64,000 bases of DNA. Origin: Balanoglossus misakiensis. Its lineage: Eukaryota > Animalia > Hemichordata. Shown piece after piece: positions 45,835 to 58,703 of this stretch (positions within the stretch are counted from its first letter, which is position 1; every line of letters begins with the position of its first letter). Below the pieces are notes generated by a model. That model was not told the DNA's origin, ran no database searches, and saw nothing but the letters and a program-made list of their open reading frames with translations. The DNA lies in contig CM082582.2 in NCBI GenBank assembly GCA_040954595.2, positions 3,208,303 through 3,272,302 on the forward strand. Direction: 5' to 3'. The position numbers and the translations under genes were made by a program.

Positions 45835-46398
45835 CAGGAATGGTGGTCGGATGCAAGTACAAATGAGAAAACAAACTATTACAGAAATTTCAAAACAGAT
45901 TTAAAACTCGAACTGTATATTTCATGTATTGATTTTTTTCAAGTATCGCCGAGCCTTGGCAAGATTTAGATGTGGAAGCCTTCGACTAGAAATTGAAACT
46001 GGGCGTCACAGACAAATAGACAAGGTGTTGAGGATCTGTAAATTTTGTCAGAAAGATATAGAAGATGAATATCATTTTCTGTTAGTATGCCCTTTCTGGG
46101 ATTTTTTGAGGAAAAAGTACCTGCCATGTGAATTTTACAGGTCACCTTCCCTATACTCTTTAAAAACTTTAATGGAGACAAAAGATGTAAATCAAATCAA
46201 GAATTTAGCTTTATTTATCTTTCATGCGTTCAGAGTTAAAGAAGCAGAGTGAGCGTTAGAATTGGTTGGTTGTTTGTTTGTTCTTCTTTCCTCATGACAT
46301 GTTATTATAATTCAGTCTTAGGACGGTGTCACTTGAACGACTTCAAGATTCTGTATTCATATAAGGGGCCGGAGGCCTACATTATGCAAAATAATTTT
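45835..46398 (+). mobile_element. 5'-truncated non-LTR retrotransposon 3' fragment (CR1/L2 group)
   Basis: LARFRCGSLRLEIETGRH...RICKFCQKDIEDEYHFLLVCP is the typical C-terminal Cys/His region of LINE ORF2; a short 3' UTR follows. Confidence 0.8.
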
Positions 46399-46399
46399 T

Positions 46400-47886
46400 A
46401 CGGGCCCAAGCCAAGCCAGGCTTGGGCCCGTATTGGTTTCGTTGGGGTTTTTCAGTCTTTCTTTCTTTCCTTCTTTATTCTTGGTTCCATTTTTCGGCCA
46501 CCTAAATCTTAAAAACTGCAGCACCACCCAGGCTGAAACTTGGTAGGCAGATAGGGGCCAATGAGTAGATGTGCAGTGGCTCGTGAATATTTAATTAGTC
46601 ACGTGACCTGGCGGCCATATTGGATTTTCTGAAAAAATGCAAATCTCAGATCTCAGAAACTACAAGTCAGATTGACTTCAAATTTGGTGTTCAGCTAGTA
46701 TACTTTATGCCCATCATTTTTGTAATTTGATATTATGCTGTCAATGTTGCAGTTTTTTTGCTACAGTTGTTTTTCTGAAATCTGGTCAAAATTTCAAAAA
46801 TCTTCTTCTCCAGAACCGGCGATAACCGAGTCACGCCGTTTGGGGTATGTGGTCACCTAACTGATGTCTATCAAGTTTGCTAAGATCATTGTGATTGGTC
46901 GAAGATTATGGCGGCCATATTGGATTTTCGAAAAACCATAGTAAAACATCAAAAATCTTCTTCTCCAGAATGGGCGATAACCGAGTCACAATATTTGGTG
47001 TGTGTGGTCATTAAACCGATGTCTATCAAGTTTGCGAAGGGGAATGTGATTGGTGGAAGATTATGGCGGCCATATTGGATTTTGTGAAAAACGATTAAAA
47101 AGTAAAAATTCCCTTTCTAGCCTAAACATTGATAGCACAGAAATTCTTTTTATGGATATGAATCATCAAATGAGAAGAATAAGCTATAAATATTTTGGTA
47201 ATTTTGGCAATGACCTTTGACCTACTTTTGACGCATCATTTTTCTGCATATCTAATTCCAGGCTAACCAATAGGGCTATAAGTTTGGTTTTTGATGTATG
47301 TTGATTTGTATGTGATCAAAAAATTTTGCTACTTTTCATGACCCCTTTGACCTCTGCTGACCTCATTAAATATGCACATACCTAATTAATGATGAACCAA
47401 TAGACCTAGAGGTTTTGTTTTTGTTATACATGGACCAGTATGGGGTCAAAATATTTTGCACAAATGTTGGGTGACCTCGGGTGACCTTTGACCTACTTTT
47501 GCATATCTTGACATCCACAGCAGATACAGCCTTGTCGTTGGGAGGTATGGGGCTATACTGAAAAGCCAAAATTTTGGGTCACCTGTGACACCTGCTTAAC
47601 TCATTATTTATGTGCATACCTAATTCCGGGTTAACCAAAAGGGCTAGAGGTCTGGGTTTTTTTGGACATGGACCACTATGGGTCAAAATATTCTGCCCAA
47701 ATTGTGGGTGACCCCTGGGTGACCTTTGACCTACTTAACACTATATCAGCACCAAACATAGATATAACCTTGATATTTCATGGGATAAAACACAGCATTA
47801 TGTTTCTACTCATTAATTATGTGCATATCTAATAATCAGATCAGATAATAGAGCTTGGGCCCGGACAATGCTGCTTGCAGCTTTAA
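46400..47886 (+). mobile_element. Non-autonomous Helentron/HINE (DINE-1-like) element, copy 1
   Basis: 5' cgggcccaagc with adjacent inverted copy gcttgggcccg, a (CTTT)n tract, internal tandem repeats (atggcggccatattggatttt), and 3' gcttgggcccg followed by hairpin gctgc-tt-gcagc. Flanks are T-rich. Confidence 0.7.
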
Positions 47887-48055
47887 TTTATTATTATTAT
47901 TATTATAGATATAGTTGAAAATAATTTTTAAAAAAATAAATAGATAAATAAATAATAAATCTAATATTAAATTTTGGAGGGATTTTTAGACATTTTAAAA
48001 AGTCGATACATGTCTGAAACTCCAAACAAGTCAAGTATGGCGTTGTATCCACAAT

Positions 48056-48627
48056 AGAGAGGTTTAGTTACACGTAAATACGCGTGTACGTCTGACGGCA
48101 GGCAGTGGCGTTCGCGTATGCGTAGCGACGCGTGAATTTTGCGGTTTAGTTGTCCATTTTGAATAACAAAACTATTTAAAAACAATAGAAAATTCAAATA
48201 TTTTTAACTTCAATAAATTTTGTGTGTGATGAATATTCTCTAAGATCACCACCCTTGCAATAAGTTTCTTGATTGCAGTAGAAATATAGTTTAGTGAAGT
48301 TTTCACTGAAAATTTAGCATGGGAATAATTTTTTGTGTTCATGTTTTGAAAACACCAAATACCGCCGGTTTTAGCACATATGGCAGAATTTTTTTCAGAT
48401 AATATGGATGCTGGCTACATCACAAACGCACTTTAGAGATAAATCGCTCAAATTAAAGAGAGAATTTCGAGAAATTCCGAAAAATATTACACGTAATCAT
48501 GATTATGCGTAGAAGCGTCGCTTGCCGTTCCGAACGTCTGCTCTACACGTACGCGACGTCTGCTTATCACGTGACAACGACGCTACGCGTACTGATCGAA
48601 CGTATTTACGTGTAACTAAACCTCTCT
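48056..48627. mobile_element. MITE with ~27-bp TIRs
   Basis: agagaggtttagttacacgtaaatacg ... cgtatttacgtgtaactaaacctctct, flanked by AT on both sides. Confidence 0.85.
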
Positions 48628-49292
48628 ATTTATGGGCTGAAATAGGGGTTAGGGGTCAAGTAGCAGTCCCTGTTTAGTCAGTGTGGAGAGTGTGTATTTG
48701 TTGAGCGTAATCCACTGTGCTTAGTATTCGGGACCGTGAACACGTTTTAGTTTTCACGCGGATGGCAATTACTGTTTTCCATAACCTGTTGGATTATACC
48801 ACATGTTGGATTCCGCTAGCATGTCTTGCCGTTACTGTGTTACTTGGGTGGAAAGGGGGATTAAATCGACCAGTGTGAGATGTAAGGTAAGACTGCAAAG
48901 GTATTTATTCCGATCACCTAAACTGATCAGAAATCACTTCTACATCCTACTTGTACTATTGCATATAATTTTCTCCTAGTAATGAGTAACGTTATCTTAC
49001 ATCGTTTGTGAACACATTCACAGTCTTTAGGTGAACGGCATCCCGTTGGCAACAACAACGGGTTCAACTTAAACACAAAGTGTAAATTATTTTTCATGGG
49101 CTTAGGCAAGATTGCTTCCTGTTGTTTGTCATCATCGAAAATAGATTACTTTTTTAATTTAAAAGTTAAAACAGAAAAAATACCAGTTTGGCTGATAATA
49201 TACCGAGTGTTCATTTGAATGCATGAACTGGGACGTTTAATACCACGCTGTTATTTCGCGCCGTTTCAGTCACATGGCAGGGACTCAATGGA

Positions 49293-49456
49293 GACTTAAA
49301 TTAAACATTAATATGTATGTTTACTATTCCGTTAAAGAATAACATATTCATTAAACCATCGACTGATAACACTGGACTTAAATTAAACATTAATATGTAT
49401 GTTTACTATTCCGTTAAAGAATAACATATTCATTAAACCATCGACTGATAACACTG
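49293..49456. repeat. Perfect 82-bp tandem duplication
   Basis: gacttaaattaaacattaatatg...gactgataacactg occurs twice in tandem. Confidence 0.95.
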
Positions 49457-51183
49457 AGAGTGTAACAGTTAAACCAAAGCAGTAGGTAAAATAAGTTAAA
49501 ACAAATTTCTACAATAGAAGGAGTGTTGTCCCATACTTCGTTATTTCGTCACTGTCTACAGCTTCCCTTTGCTCTGATTGATAATGCTAAAAATCACCAA
49601 ACTACACTCTAATGACTACAATGAAATGACATGGGTGATACGAAATTCTAGCACAGCTGGCACATTTGTTGACTGATCAAATTTTCATAGGCAATCTTTG
49701 AAAAATTCATCCAGATGACGTTCTTTGCAACGATTCACTTCGCTTCTGAAGAAGTCGACTCTGGTCAGGTTTTTAAATCAAAAACATGTGACAGCCATAG
49801 AAAGTGAAATTCACAGTTCCCTCAACTGTCCTCGTACCCCAAATTGAGATTAAGTCATACACATAATGCCACAACTCAGTACATGTATAGTACAGTAAAT
49901 GCCGGATCTGGAGAATGAGTGTTTTATCTAAAAAAAAATAAAAAATTATAGGGCGGTCGAATTCACATCACCGCTAGCAATTTTATTGATTAATTTTGAA
50001 GGGCGAGGAACATGCAACATACGCAGGTAGAAGTCGATTGACCCAAAAGTGATTGAGAAGAAATTAGGTGTTCAGAGATTCAAATGTAGCCACCAGGCCA
50101 CGTGACTGAACAAACATCCTACGGTCAGGTGCACACATTTCATGGGACCTGACCACCATGCCAACATTGAAAAGACTTCACGCAGGTGTTTTCAATGACA
50201 AAAAAAGACGCCAAAGAAGAAGAAGGAAAGTCGATTTAAGTTTTCATGAGATATTTATTGCTAAAAAATACAAATTAAAATAATGTTTACAGCGAAACCT
50301 GTCTGTTAGGGACACCTGTTAAGAAGGTATCTTTAAAAGACAGGTAAAATTCTATTCAATTTGTATCATTTGTGTTGACAGACATGTCCTTAATAGAGAG
50401 GTGTCCGTAATGAATGGTTTCACTGAACTTTTGAACTTCTTGCCCAATCCTTTGGTGTACGAGCTTTAGCTGGAGATTCTTATCAATTTCTACTTCTATT
50501 CCCATGCATATTTACATTGGCAGTGTGGTTTGCTGGGAAAGCATAAGGCAGGACATACTGTACTAGCTGGCAGTGATGTAGCACTAAAACAGTCTCTAAA
50601 GCAACATCTAAACATTGGCAAATTATACAATTTTTCTCGCACAACCGCGACGGCAGTGTTGGTAGCTGTGGGATCCTTGGAAGAATGACATTACTGCTTT
50701 TGAAATGACCCATCTGTTTCCAGGCTGAAAGGCTGTAACAAAAATAGTGCATTATTATGATAGAAGCATAATCTGTTGGGTTTCTGTGATGCCTATTGTA
50801 CGCCATTAGGCGCCACAAATCTTGCTCTTGATTTTTATTATGTGTACATTTCAATTACATTTAAAGAACAAAGTTGTCATATATACCAAACGTGCATTCG
50901 GCACGGTATCATAGATATCTCATCCTCATTTTAACCCCAGGAGGGTCTTCAATGCTGTCTGACATGTTTTCAATTTCAAGGCAAATTAACAAACTCACAT
51001 TTGAAATTCTGAGAATGCACCTTTGAGTAATGGTTCGCATGCTCTTCGCTAATAATATTTAGTTGTAAATATGGATTATTTGAGCAAAAAAGATTTCATT
51101 TGTTGGTAATGTATTCAGATTATGTTTGCAAACTAGTATAATGGATAATAGGGTGGATAGAACTCATCCCTTTACGTACCTTC

Positions 51184-54100
51184 CTACACAGTTGTGTCCT
51201 CGTGTTGAGCTTGGTCACCATTATCTGTGAAACACACCACAACATAGCATTTAAATACTGGCTCCATAGCACCCAATCTGATATAAATATCACTATTATT
51301 TTTTAACACATCTGAAATTTATATTATTTGTTTATTCCCAACGCCCTAAGGGTACTCGACTTTACGTTAACAACATTGGAATAGGCCACAATGTAAGAGT
51401 TAGAAAGAAGACAAATTTCAAAAACAATTCTAACTATCTTGCTGTGTATAACATATACAAGGAAGTAAATAAACAGCCAATTATCCCCACCTTCTGTAGT
51501 TTGAGATCTAGCAACCGCATCATATGAGAGTGACCTTTTCCTTGCGATAATGATACCAGTGATGATGGCGAAGGAGGTGACACTGAACACTGCAAAAGTC
51601 GAGCCGATAATTACACCAATATTAGCTGCACTAGTATCCGTAATGGTGTAATCTTGAACTGAAGAAAACCAATTTATTAATGTAAAATGTGTAACCAGAC
51701 TAAAGTTTTCACTTATGCTAATGTAATAAAACAAAAGAAATGTTATACCATTGACAATAATTGGAACTTGATCAGTCGACCGATTTTCCATAAGTTCACT
51801 TAACCTAATAAGACTTGGCTGTCGATTATATGGGCCATTTCTAACCATGGGAGAGGTTGACATACCTGAGGACGTGTTCAAACAGACTTGGGTGGCGTCA
51901 AACTTGGTTCCACTTAGTAATTTTGGCTGAATGACACTGCACGTCAAATTGGTCACATCCTGATCATCACAGTTACTTGTATTATAGTTGTAAATGCTTC
52001 TGCTGTCTGCCGTTCCATTACTGTATGTAGTCAGTACTTCTCCTTCATCAGGGATCACCGACACATTCAAAATCCACTCAAATTTAGCTGGCGGTTTGCC
52101 CCTTTTGGCTACACATGTGTAGTTCCCATCTTCCGATATTTTAACGCTTGCGACATGAACTAATATAAGAAGATAAGTTGGTTAAATGCTAGTTGTAGGC
52201 GTATGATCGTTACCATTATCTGTTCCTTTAAATGCGACATGTAATATGCATTTCTTTGTTACTGTATTCACACACAAAAACAAACAAATAAACAAACAAA
52301 CAACTAAACTAGAATTTTTCCTGACTCTATATTTCAACTGTTTTACGTTTTTTATTCAATTCGATATCTTCACATGAATATGGAAAATTCCTAGCATGTA
52401 CAATTTCAGAAATACAATTTATGTTATCTTTTGATTTATACTATATTTTCATTTTTACTGAATGATGTATGTCTATCAAGAACAGCATTTACAAATATAA
52501 TTTTTGAATTTAGACTCAGTTATCAAAATATAGACTTTACCGTTGTATACAAAATTTTCATTCGCCCTATATTATCTGATTTCTTGATTTTTCCCATTTT
52601 TTATTTGCTTCCTACTCTTCTAATGTGTATATTGCACTCAGGCTGTTAATGACTTACCTATGATCTCTAGATAATTGTTCTTGTTTTGTGGAATTACGTC
52701 TATTTGAGTGCATTGCCAAGTACCTTCGTGTTTGTCTACGTCAACACTATGGATATACAAGTTGTAAAATTCAGCTGTTCTGTCTACATGGCAACATTCA
52801 CTGTATACCGTCTCCCCTTCAGCAATATGATTAAAGTCACCATCTATGGTAATGTAGTTCCACTGTGGAGGCGCAGAACCTGCACTGTTGAGTTTGCACT
52901 CAAACACGACGCTTTCACCTTGCACTGCTTGTCTACGATTGGATAAAATATCAACATTTACCTCTCCTGCAAAATGAAACAATAAACATACCAGACGAAT
53001 GCAGTTCAGAGATATTTAAGAGATAACATACGATCCAGCTCACCATTTAAACATCTAATAGAAGATAATATTAAGTAAAAATCCATATTGCCCTATTTTT
53101 AGAAAACACAGTCGAGCAAGAGCAGAAATTTTCAACTTGATGAAAAATTTAGCTGTGGTCGACGTTTATCGCAAATTACATCCTTATGAGTACAGGTATA
53201 CCTGGAGACGTGGCAATTCTGCGTCACGCTTGGATTATTTTCTAGTTTCCAGAAATTTAGAAAGAAATATAAAGGACTGCAAAATCACCCCTTCAGTTAA
53301 TACTGACCACAGTGCCGTTACTCTAACATACAATTATGAGCAGCATGCTGATCGGGGCCCAGGGTTTTGGAAACTGAATTTAAGTCTCTTACAAGATGAA
53401 AAGTACACGGAAATGATTAAAGATCTAATACATGAGAATGTTAATCGGTCAGACGCAGGGTCGGTACAAAATACTTGGGAATATTTAAAATACAAAATAA
53501 AAGATAGGTCTATAAATTATTCAAAGCATAAAAAGAGAGAGAACAAAATACTTGAAGAGAACTTATGGAAGTCACTTTGTGAATTAGAAAAAAGTCTACA
53601 CAATGATTTGAATGACGATGCTGTCCTTGAATATGAAAAGGTTAAATTAAAATTAGAACAGTTGTGGGAAAATGAAGTGAAAGGGGTTATGGTAAGATCA
53701 AGAATCAAATGGTATTCCGAAGGTGAGAAGAGCTCCAATTTTTTTTTTAAATTTAGAGAAGCGAAACCATGACAAAAAGTTAATTTCAGCTTTAAAGTCT
53801 GATAATGACGTGTCCATAACGGCTAACAAAGAGATACTCAAAGAAATCAAGAGCTACTATGAACATCTGTATACCTCACGTAGCCCCACCTTTGATGCGG
53901 AAATGGTTGATTTGTTCTTTAACGATTCGGGTGTCAAAAAATTGTCTGATGAAAAGAGCAATTCTCTTGAAGGCCTTTTCACAAATTCTGAAGTTCTTGA
54001 AGTACTGAAGTCAGCACCCAAGAATAAAACTCCTGGGAGTGATGGACTACCAGCCGAATTTTATATTGCTTTTTGGGAAGACATTGGGGATATTTTGGTT

Positions 54101-57100
54101 GGGGTCCTAAATGAAGCATTCCGTATAGGAGAAATGACATCCACACAGAAACAGGCTGTTATCACCCTTTTACCGAAACCCGGAAAAGATCAGAATTATA
54201 TAAAAAACTGAAGACCAGTCTCGCTTTTGAATTCTGACTATAAGACAGCAGCTAAATGTATAGCCAAGCGTTTGGAAAAGGTTTTACTAACAATAATTCA
54301 TGAAAATCAAACGGCTTTCATCAAAGGTCGTAAGATTACAGATAACATCCGTCTTATTTCTGATATCATCCATTATTTTAATATCAAGAATAGGAAAGGA
54401 ATTCTCCTTTTCCTAGATTATGAGAAAGCTTTTGATTCTTTGGAATGGGCGCTGATTGACAAAGCTCTCGATCTTTACAATTTTGGTCCTAATTTGAAAA
54501 AATGGGTTAAACTTTTCTATAACAATATAACAAGCTGTGTATTAAATAATGGTTACTCCACAGGCTGGTTTAAGGTCTCAAGAGGAGTAAGACAAGGATG
54601 CCCCTTGTCAACCGCACTTTTTGTAATTGCAATTGAGTTGTTAGCTACTGCAGTACGTAAAGATAAAAATATTTCTGGTTTACTTCTCCCTGACGGGAGT
54701 GAAGAACGCATCTCACAGTTTGCAGATGACACCACTTTTTTATTACATAACAGACAATCACTTAAAAATGTCATTCATCTAGTTGAAAAATTTAAGTATT
54801 GTTCAGGTTTGAGTATGAATTGTGATAAAACAGAAATGATGCTTCTTGGAAAATATAGGTCAGAGTCCTTTGATGACTGTGGTATCAGGCCAACAAACGC
54901 TCCCATCAAACTCCTAGGGGTTTACTTAGGTTACAATAAAAACGACATAGAGGATTTAAACTTCAATCAGAAGCTTCGAAAAATGAAGAATAATTTAAAT
55001 GTTTGGAATTCTCGAAACCTCACTTTGAGAGGGAAAGTTCTGTTGGCAAGATATCACGGAGCCTCAAAGTTAACTTATATGATGAGCGCCGTTTCCGTTC
55101 CAAAGATTGTTTTAACGTATGCAAATAAATATCCTTTTGACTTTATTTGGAATGGAAAGCCCCATAAGATAAAACGTAACACTTTGATTGGTAATCTTGA
55201 TAAGGGCGGCCTGGGAATGGTCGATTGTGAACTGCTTGACAAAGCTCTTAAATTGTCACTGCTTGCACGTTTAAAAAACTGTAATCATCAATGGACGAAG
55301 ATTCCAATGTACTACTTTGGGAAAATTGGAGGATTAGATCTTTTATCACAGTGTAACTTTGACATTAATTCTTTGCCTGTTACTATACCTCAATCCTAGA
55401 TGATAGTAGTCATAACGAAACCATCTGGAATAATAACATTTTAATTGATAATTATTCTGTACTTTTTAAAGATTGGTATGACAAGGGTGTTATGTATATA
55501 TCAGATCTATGTGAAAACGGTAAATACCTCTCCTGGGACAAGTTTTCAACAAAATATGACATTGACAAGAGTCAGTTTCTCAAATATCATAGCCTCATCC
55601 ACGCTATTCCAGAAACCTTCAAAAAAATTTATGGAACCAGACATGCATCTGTAAATGACCAAGACTGCCCGCTGGGTGATGGGTCAGTCAAAACGATTTA
55701 TGAAAAATTAGTTAGAAGCAAATTTGTACCTCCCAGAAGTCAAGCCTACATTGAAAGGTTGTATAATATTTCCCCTGATTGGAAAATCATTTGGAGCAGG
55801 ATTAAAAATACAACAATAGAAGAGAAAATGCGTAATTTTCAGTACAAAATTTTGCACAGGATAATTGCGACTAATAAGTTTCTACATATTAGAAAACTAC
55901 GCCCTAATGATCTATGCGATCACTGCAAGAATACCGAAACAATGGAGCACTTATTCTGGGAATGTACAAAAGCTAACAATTTTTGGAAAAAATTTGAGTT
56001 ATTTTGGTCAAACAATTCGAAGCATACACTCCAGTTGAATTGCCAGACAGTAGTTCTTGGCTCAGATTTGTACAATTCAAAAGATTCTATTCTTTTTAAT
56101 CACCTTTTATTATTGGGAAAATACTTTATCTATACAGCCAGATTTAATTCCCACCCTTTGAACTTTCGTTTATTTTTGGATAAAATTAAAGAAGTCAGCT
56201 GTGTTGAAGGTAAACTTGCAAAATATAGAAAAACTGTAAATCAGTATGAAACAAAATGGGCAGTACTTTTGCATTGTGAGTTGTAACAAATCTTACTTTT
56301 TCTATCTTTGTAAGCGTTAATCTTTATTTACCTCGCTTGTTGTTTTGTGTTTTTGTGTTGTTTTTGTTGTCATTTGTTTCCTATAAAAATTAATAAAAAA
56401 AAAAGAGTAAAAATCCATATTGCCCTATTTTTAGAAAACACTGCATGAAGAACTTGAATGAATGAATGAATGAATGAATGAATGAATGAATGAATGAATG
56501 AATGAATGAATGAATGAATGAATGAATGAATGAATGAATGAATGAATGAATGAATGAATGAATGAATGAATGAATGGTCGAATGAATGAATAGATGGTCG
56601 AATGAATGAATGAATGAATGAATGAATGAATGGATCAATCAATCAATCAATCAATCAATGACAAAAACATTTATATGGCGCCAATATCCAGATAACTGTT
56701 CAGTGGCGCCCGATGGTTGTTCACACTGTAGGCTGTTTTGAACAAGTAAGTCTTCAGTTTCCCCTTAAAATAGTCTAGACTGGTAACTAGACGAATGTCA
56801 TCAGGTAGTGAGTTCCAGAGCTTTGGAGCAGCATAAGAAAATGCACCTCCTCCATGGTTGACTTGTTTGTAATGTGTTATTGTCAGAAGATTCTTTCCCC
56901 GAGACCTTAAACTGCGTGAAGGGGTATATCGATTAACAATGTCAGCAATGTACTCCGGGGTAAGGCCATGAATGGCCGTATATGTAAGAAGCAAGATCTT
57001 GTAATCAATCCTGGCACAAACTGGTAGCCAATGCAGAGAGATGAGAGCGGGAGTGACATGTTCAAACTTCTTCGGTCTGGTGATGATTCTTGCTGCTGTA

Positions 57101-57740
57101 TATTGCGAGCGCTGAAGTAGCTTTATTGCTGATTGAGGAAGACCAAACAGTAACGAATTGCAGTAATCAAGTTTGGTTGAAAGAACTGCATGAATTAAAG
57201 TACAACAATCCTTAAAAGACAGGTACTGACATTGATCCGATGCGTCGAAGATGAAAATAGATGGACTTGCGGGTATTCTTGATGTGCTGGCTATACATAT
57301 GGATACTATCAAAGACAACTCCCAGATTTCGTGCTGTTGTTACTGGAGTGATAGATGTAGAGCCGATATTGACGGATGGAATAGGATCAGGTAGACGACT
57401 AAATTTTGAGCGAATAACAAGGACTTCGGTTTTGTTGTCATTTAGTTGTAGTTTATTCAGCGTCATCCATGCCTTTATGTCACGGATACAGATCTCCAGA
57501 GAATGAACGGCAGAGGTTGAATCTTGATGGAAAAAGGCGAGGTATAGCTGGTTATCATCAGCGTGGATGGATGGATGGATGGATGGATGGATGGATGGAT
57601 GGATGGATGGATGGATGGATGGATGGATGGATGGATGAAGATATAATTTGAATAAGCTTGTGCATAAGAGTGTATAACTCACCTTGACAATAAAACATAC
57701 CAAAACATATATAGATGATCAGGTAAACCATTAGTTTCAT
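51184..57740 (-). CDS. Two-Ig-domain (V-like + C2-like) single-pass receptor, tail truncated by a stop
   Basis: Exons 57740-57683 ([19 protein letters not shown]), 52966-52658 (VVFECKL..PQW..LYIHSV..HEGTWQC), 52159-51866 ([23 protein letters not shown]), 51658-51491 (TM, RKR) and 51224-51180 with TAG at 51186-51184. All are phase 1. Confidence 0.8.
53110..56405 (+). mobile_element. 5'-truncated Tx1/L1-like LINE (endonuclease C-terminus, RT, zf-RVT), disrupted, with poly(A) and 36-bp TSD
   Basis: [62 protein letters not shown]. Frameshift at the T run ~53740, stop at 54209, break at ~55399. AATAAA and A tract at ~56392-56404. Direct repeat at 53074-53109 = 56406-56441. Confidence 0.95.
56456..56660. 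repeat. (GAAT)n/(CAAT)n microsatellite
   Basis: Long gaatgaat run; it lies at the 3' end of the adjacent minus-strand LINE. Confidence 0.95.
56671..57563 (-). mobile_element. 5'-truncated CR1/L2-type LINE fragment
   Basis: [61 protein letters not shown] and [14 protein letters not shown], with a frameshift near 57220-57310. Confidence 0.92.
57564..57637. repeat. (GGAT)n microsatellite
   Basis: Pure ggat run abutting the 5' truncation point of the LINE. Confidence 0.95.
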
Positions 57741-58703
57741 AGTTGCATGGTAAACGACTATACGCTTACCATTTCACCAATAGCTTAAGCTGAAAACAAT
57801 GGAGTACGAATTTTATAAATAAAAGTCACGTATTGTCAGAAAATCACTTTTCTGTATTAAGATCAGGATGCTTTTGCGTTTTGAATTGCATTTTCTCCAA
57901 TATGTGTAATTGATAACTGCACTTAGGCACTCATTGTTCAGAAATTTGGGCAACCATAACTTGTTCCAACACAACATAGTAAAGCCAGAAAATGTAGGTT
58001 ACAGCCAATAGACACACTCCTCAAAACTACCGAACTGACACAAAAATAATAGTAAGTGAACTCACATTAATGCCCCAGTCCTCGTAATCATGTTACTGAC
58101 AAATTCAAATATTGCCTCCAGTTATTCAATTCAGTTAATTTAATCATTAACAGTTTCAACTGGCGAACAAGAACTACTTATACCATATGTGTTCGGACAT
58201 GACTTGAGTGACCTGCTGACGTGGTCGCGGACAACGTAGTCAACTGAATGTTGAAACTCCTCGATGCCAACCAAAGTTTCACAACCAAGATGTTAGTGCT
58301 GGGTGTAGGCTATTGTTACGATATATATAGGTTGGGATTTTTAATCAAAAGAGAATTATCATTTTAATACATTGAGATCCAGACAGTAATAGTATGTTCT
58401 GGTCAAGGGTGTTAAAATTAATATGTATATGTGCGCTGACTCCTCATTTCGTAGTCACCATAGTCATTTACAGTTTGTTTTGATTTGGTCACATTTTTTA
58501 CAATTATATTACTTCTGTGGTCGATGACGTAATCGATCCATCATTCAAATGGTTCATCCGTGTTATACGCGTTTGGCCCTATGCTAAAGACCAGCCGTTT
58601 GACCCAATTTGTACAGGGCAGCTGCATGCTCACTAGGCCCCTATCTGCAAATATTGGGATAAGTATTATGCAAGTGTTGGCTAGGGGCTAGCATGTACTG
58701 TCG

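Noticed and set aside
56370-57740. FIHS, PSIH and WMDG repeat ORFs (also the INQS ORF at 20495-20734)
   Set aside because: Translations of tetranucleotide microsatellites.
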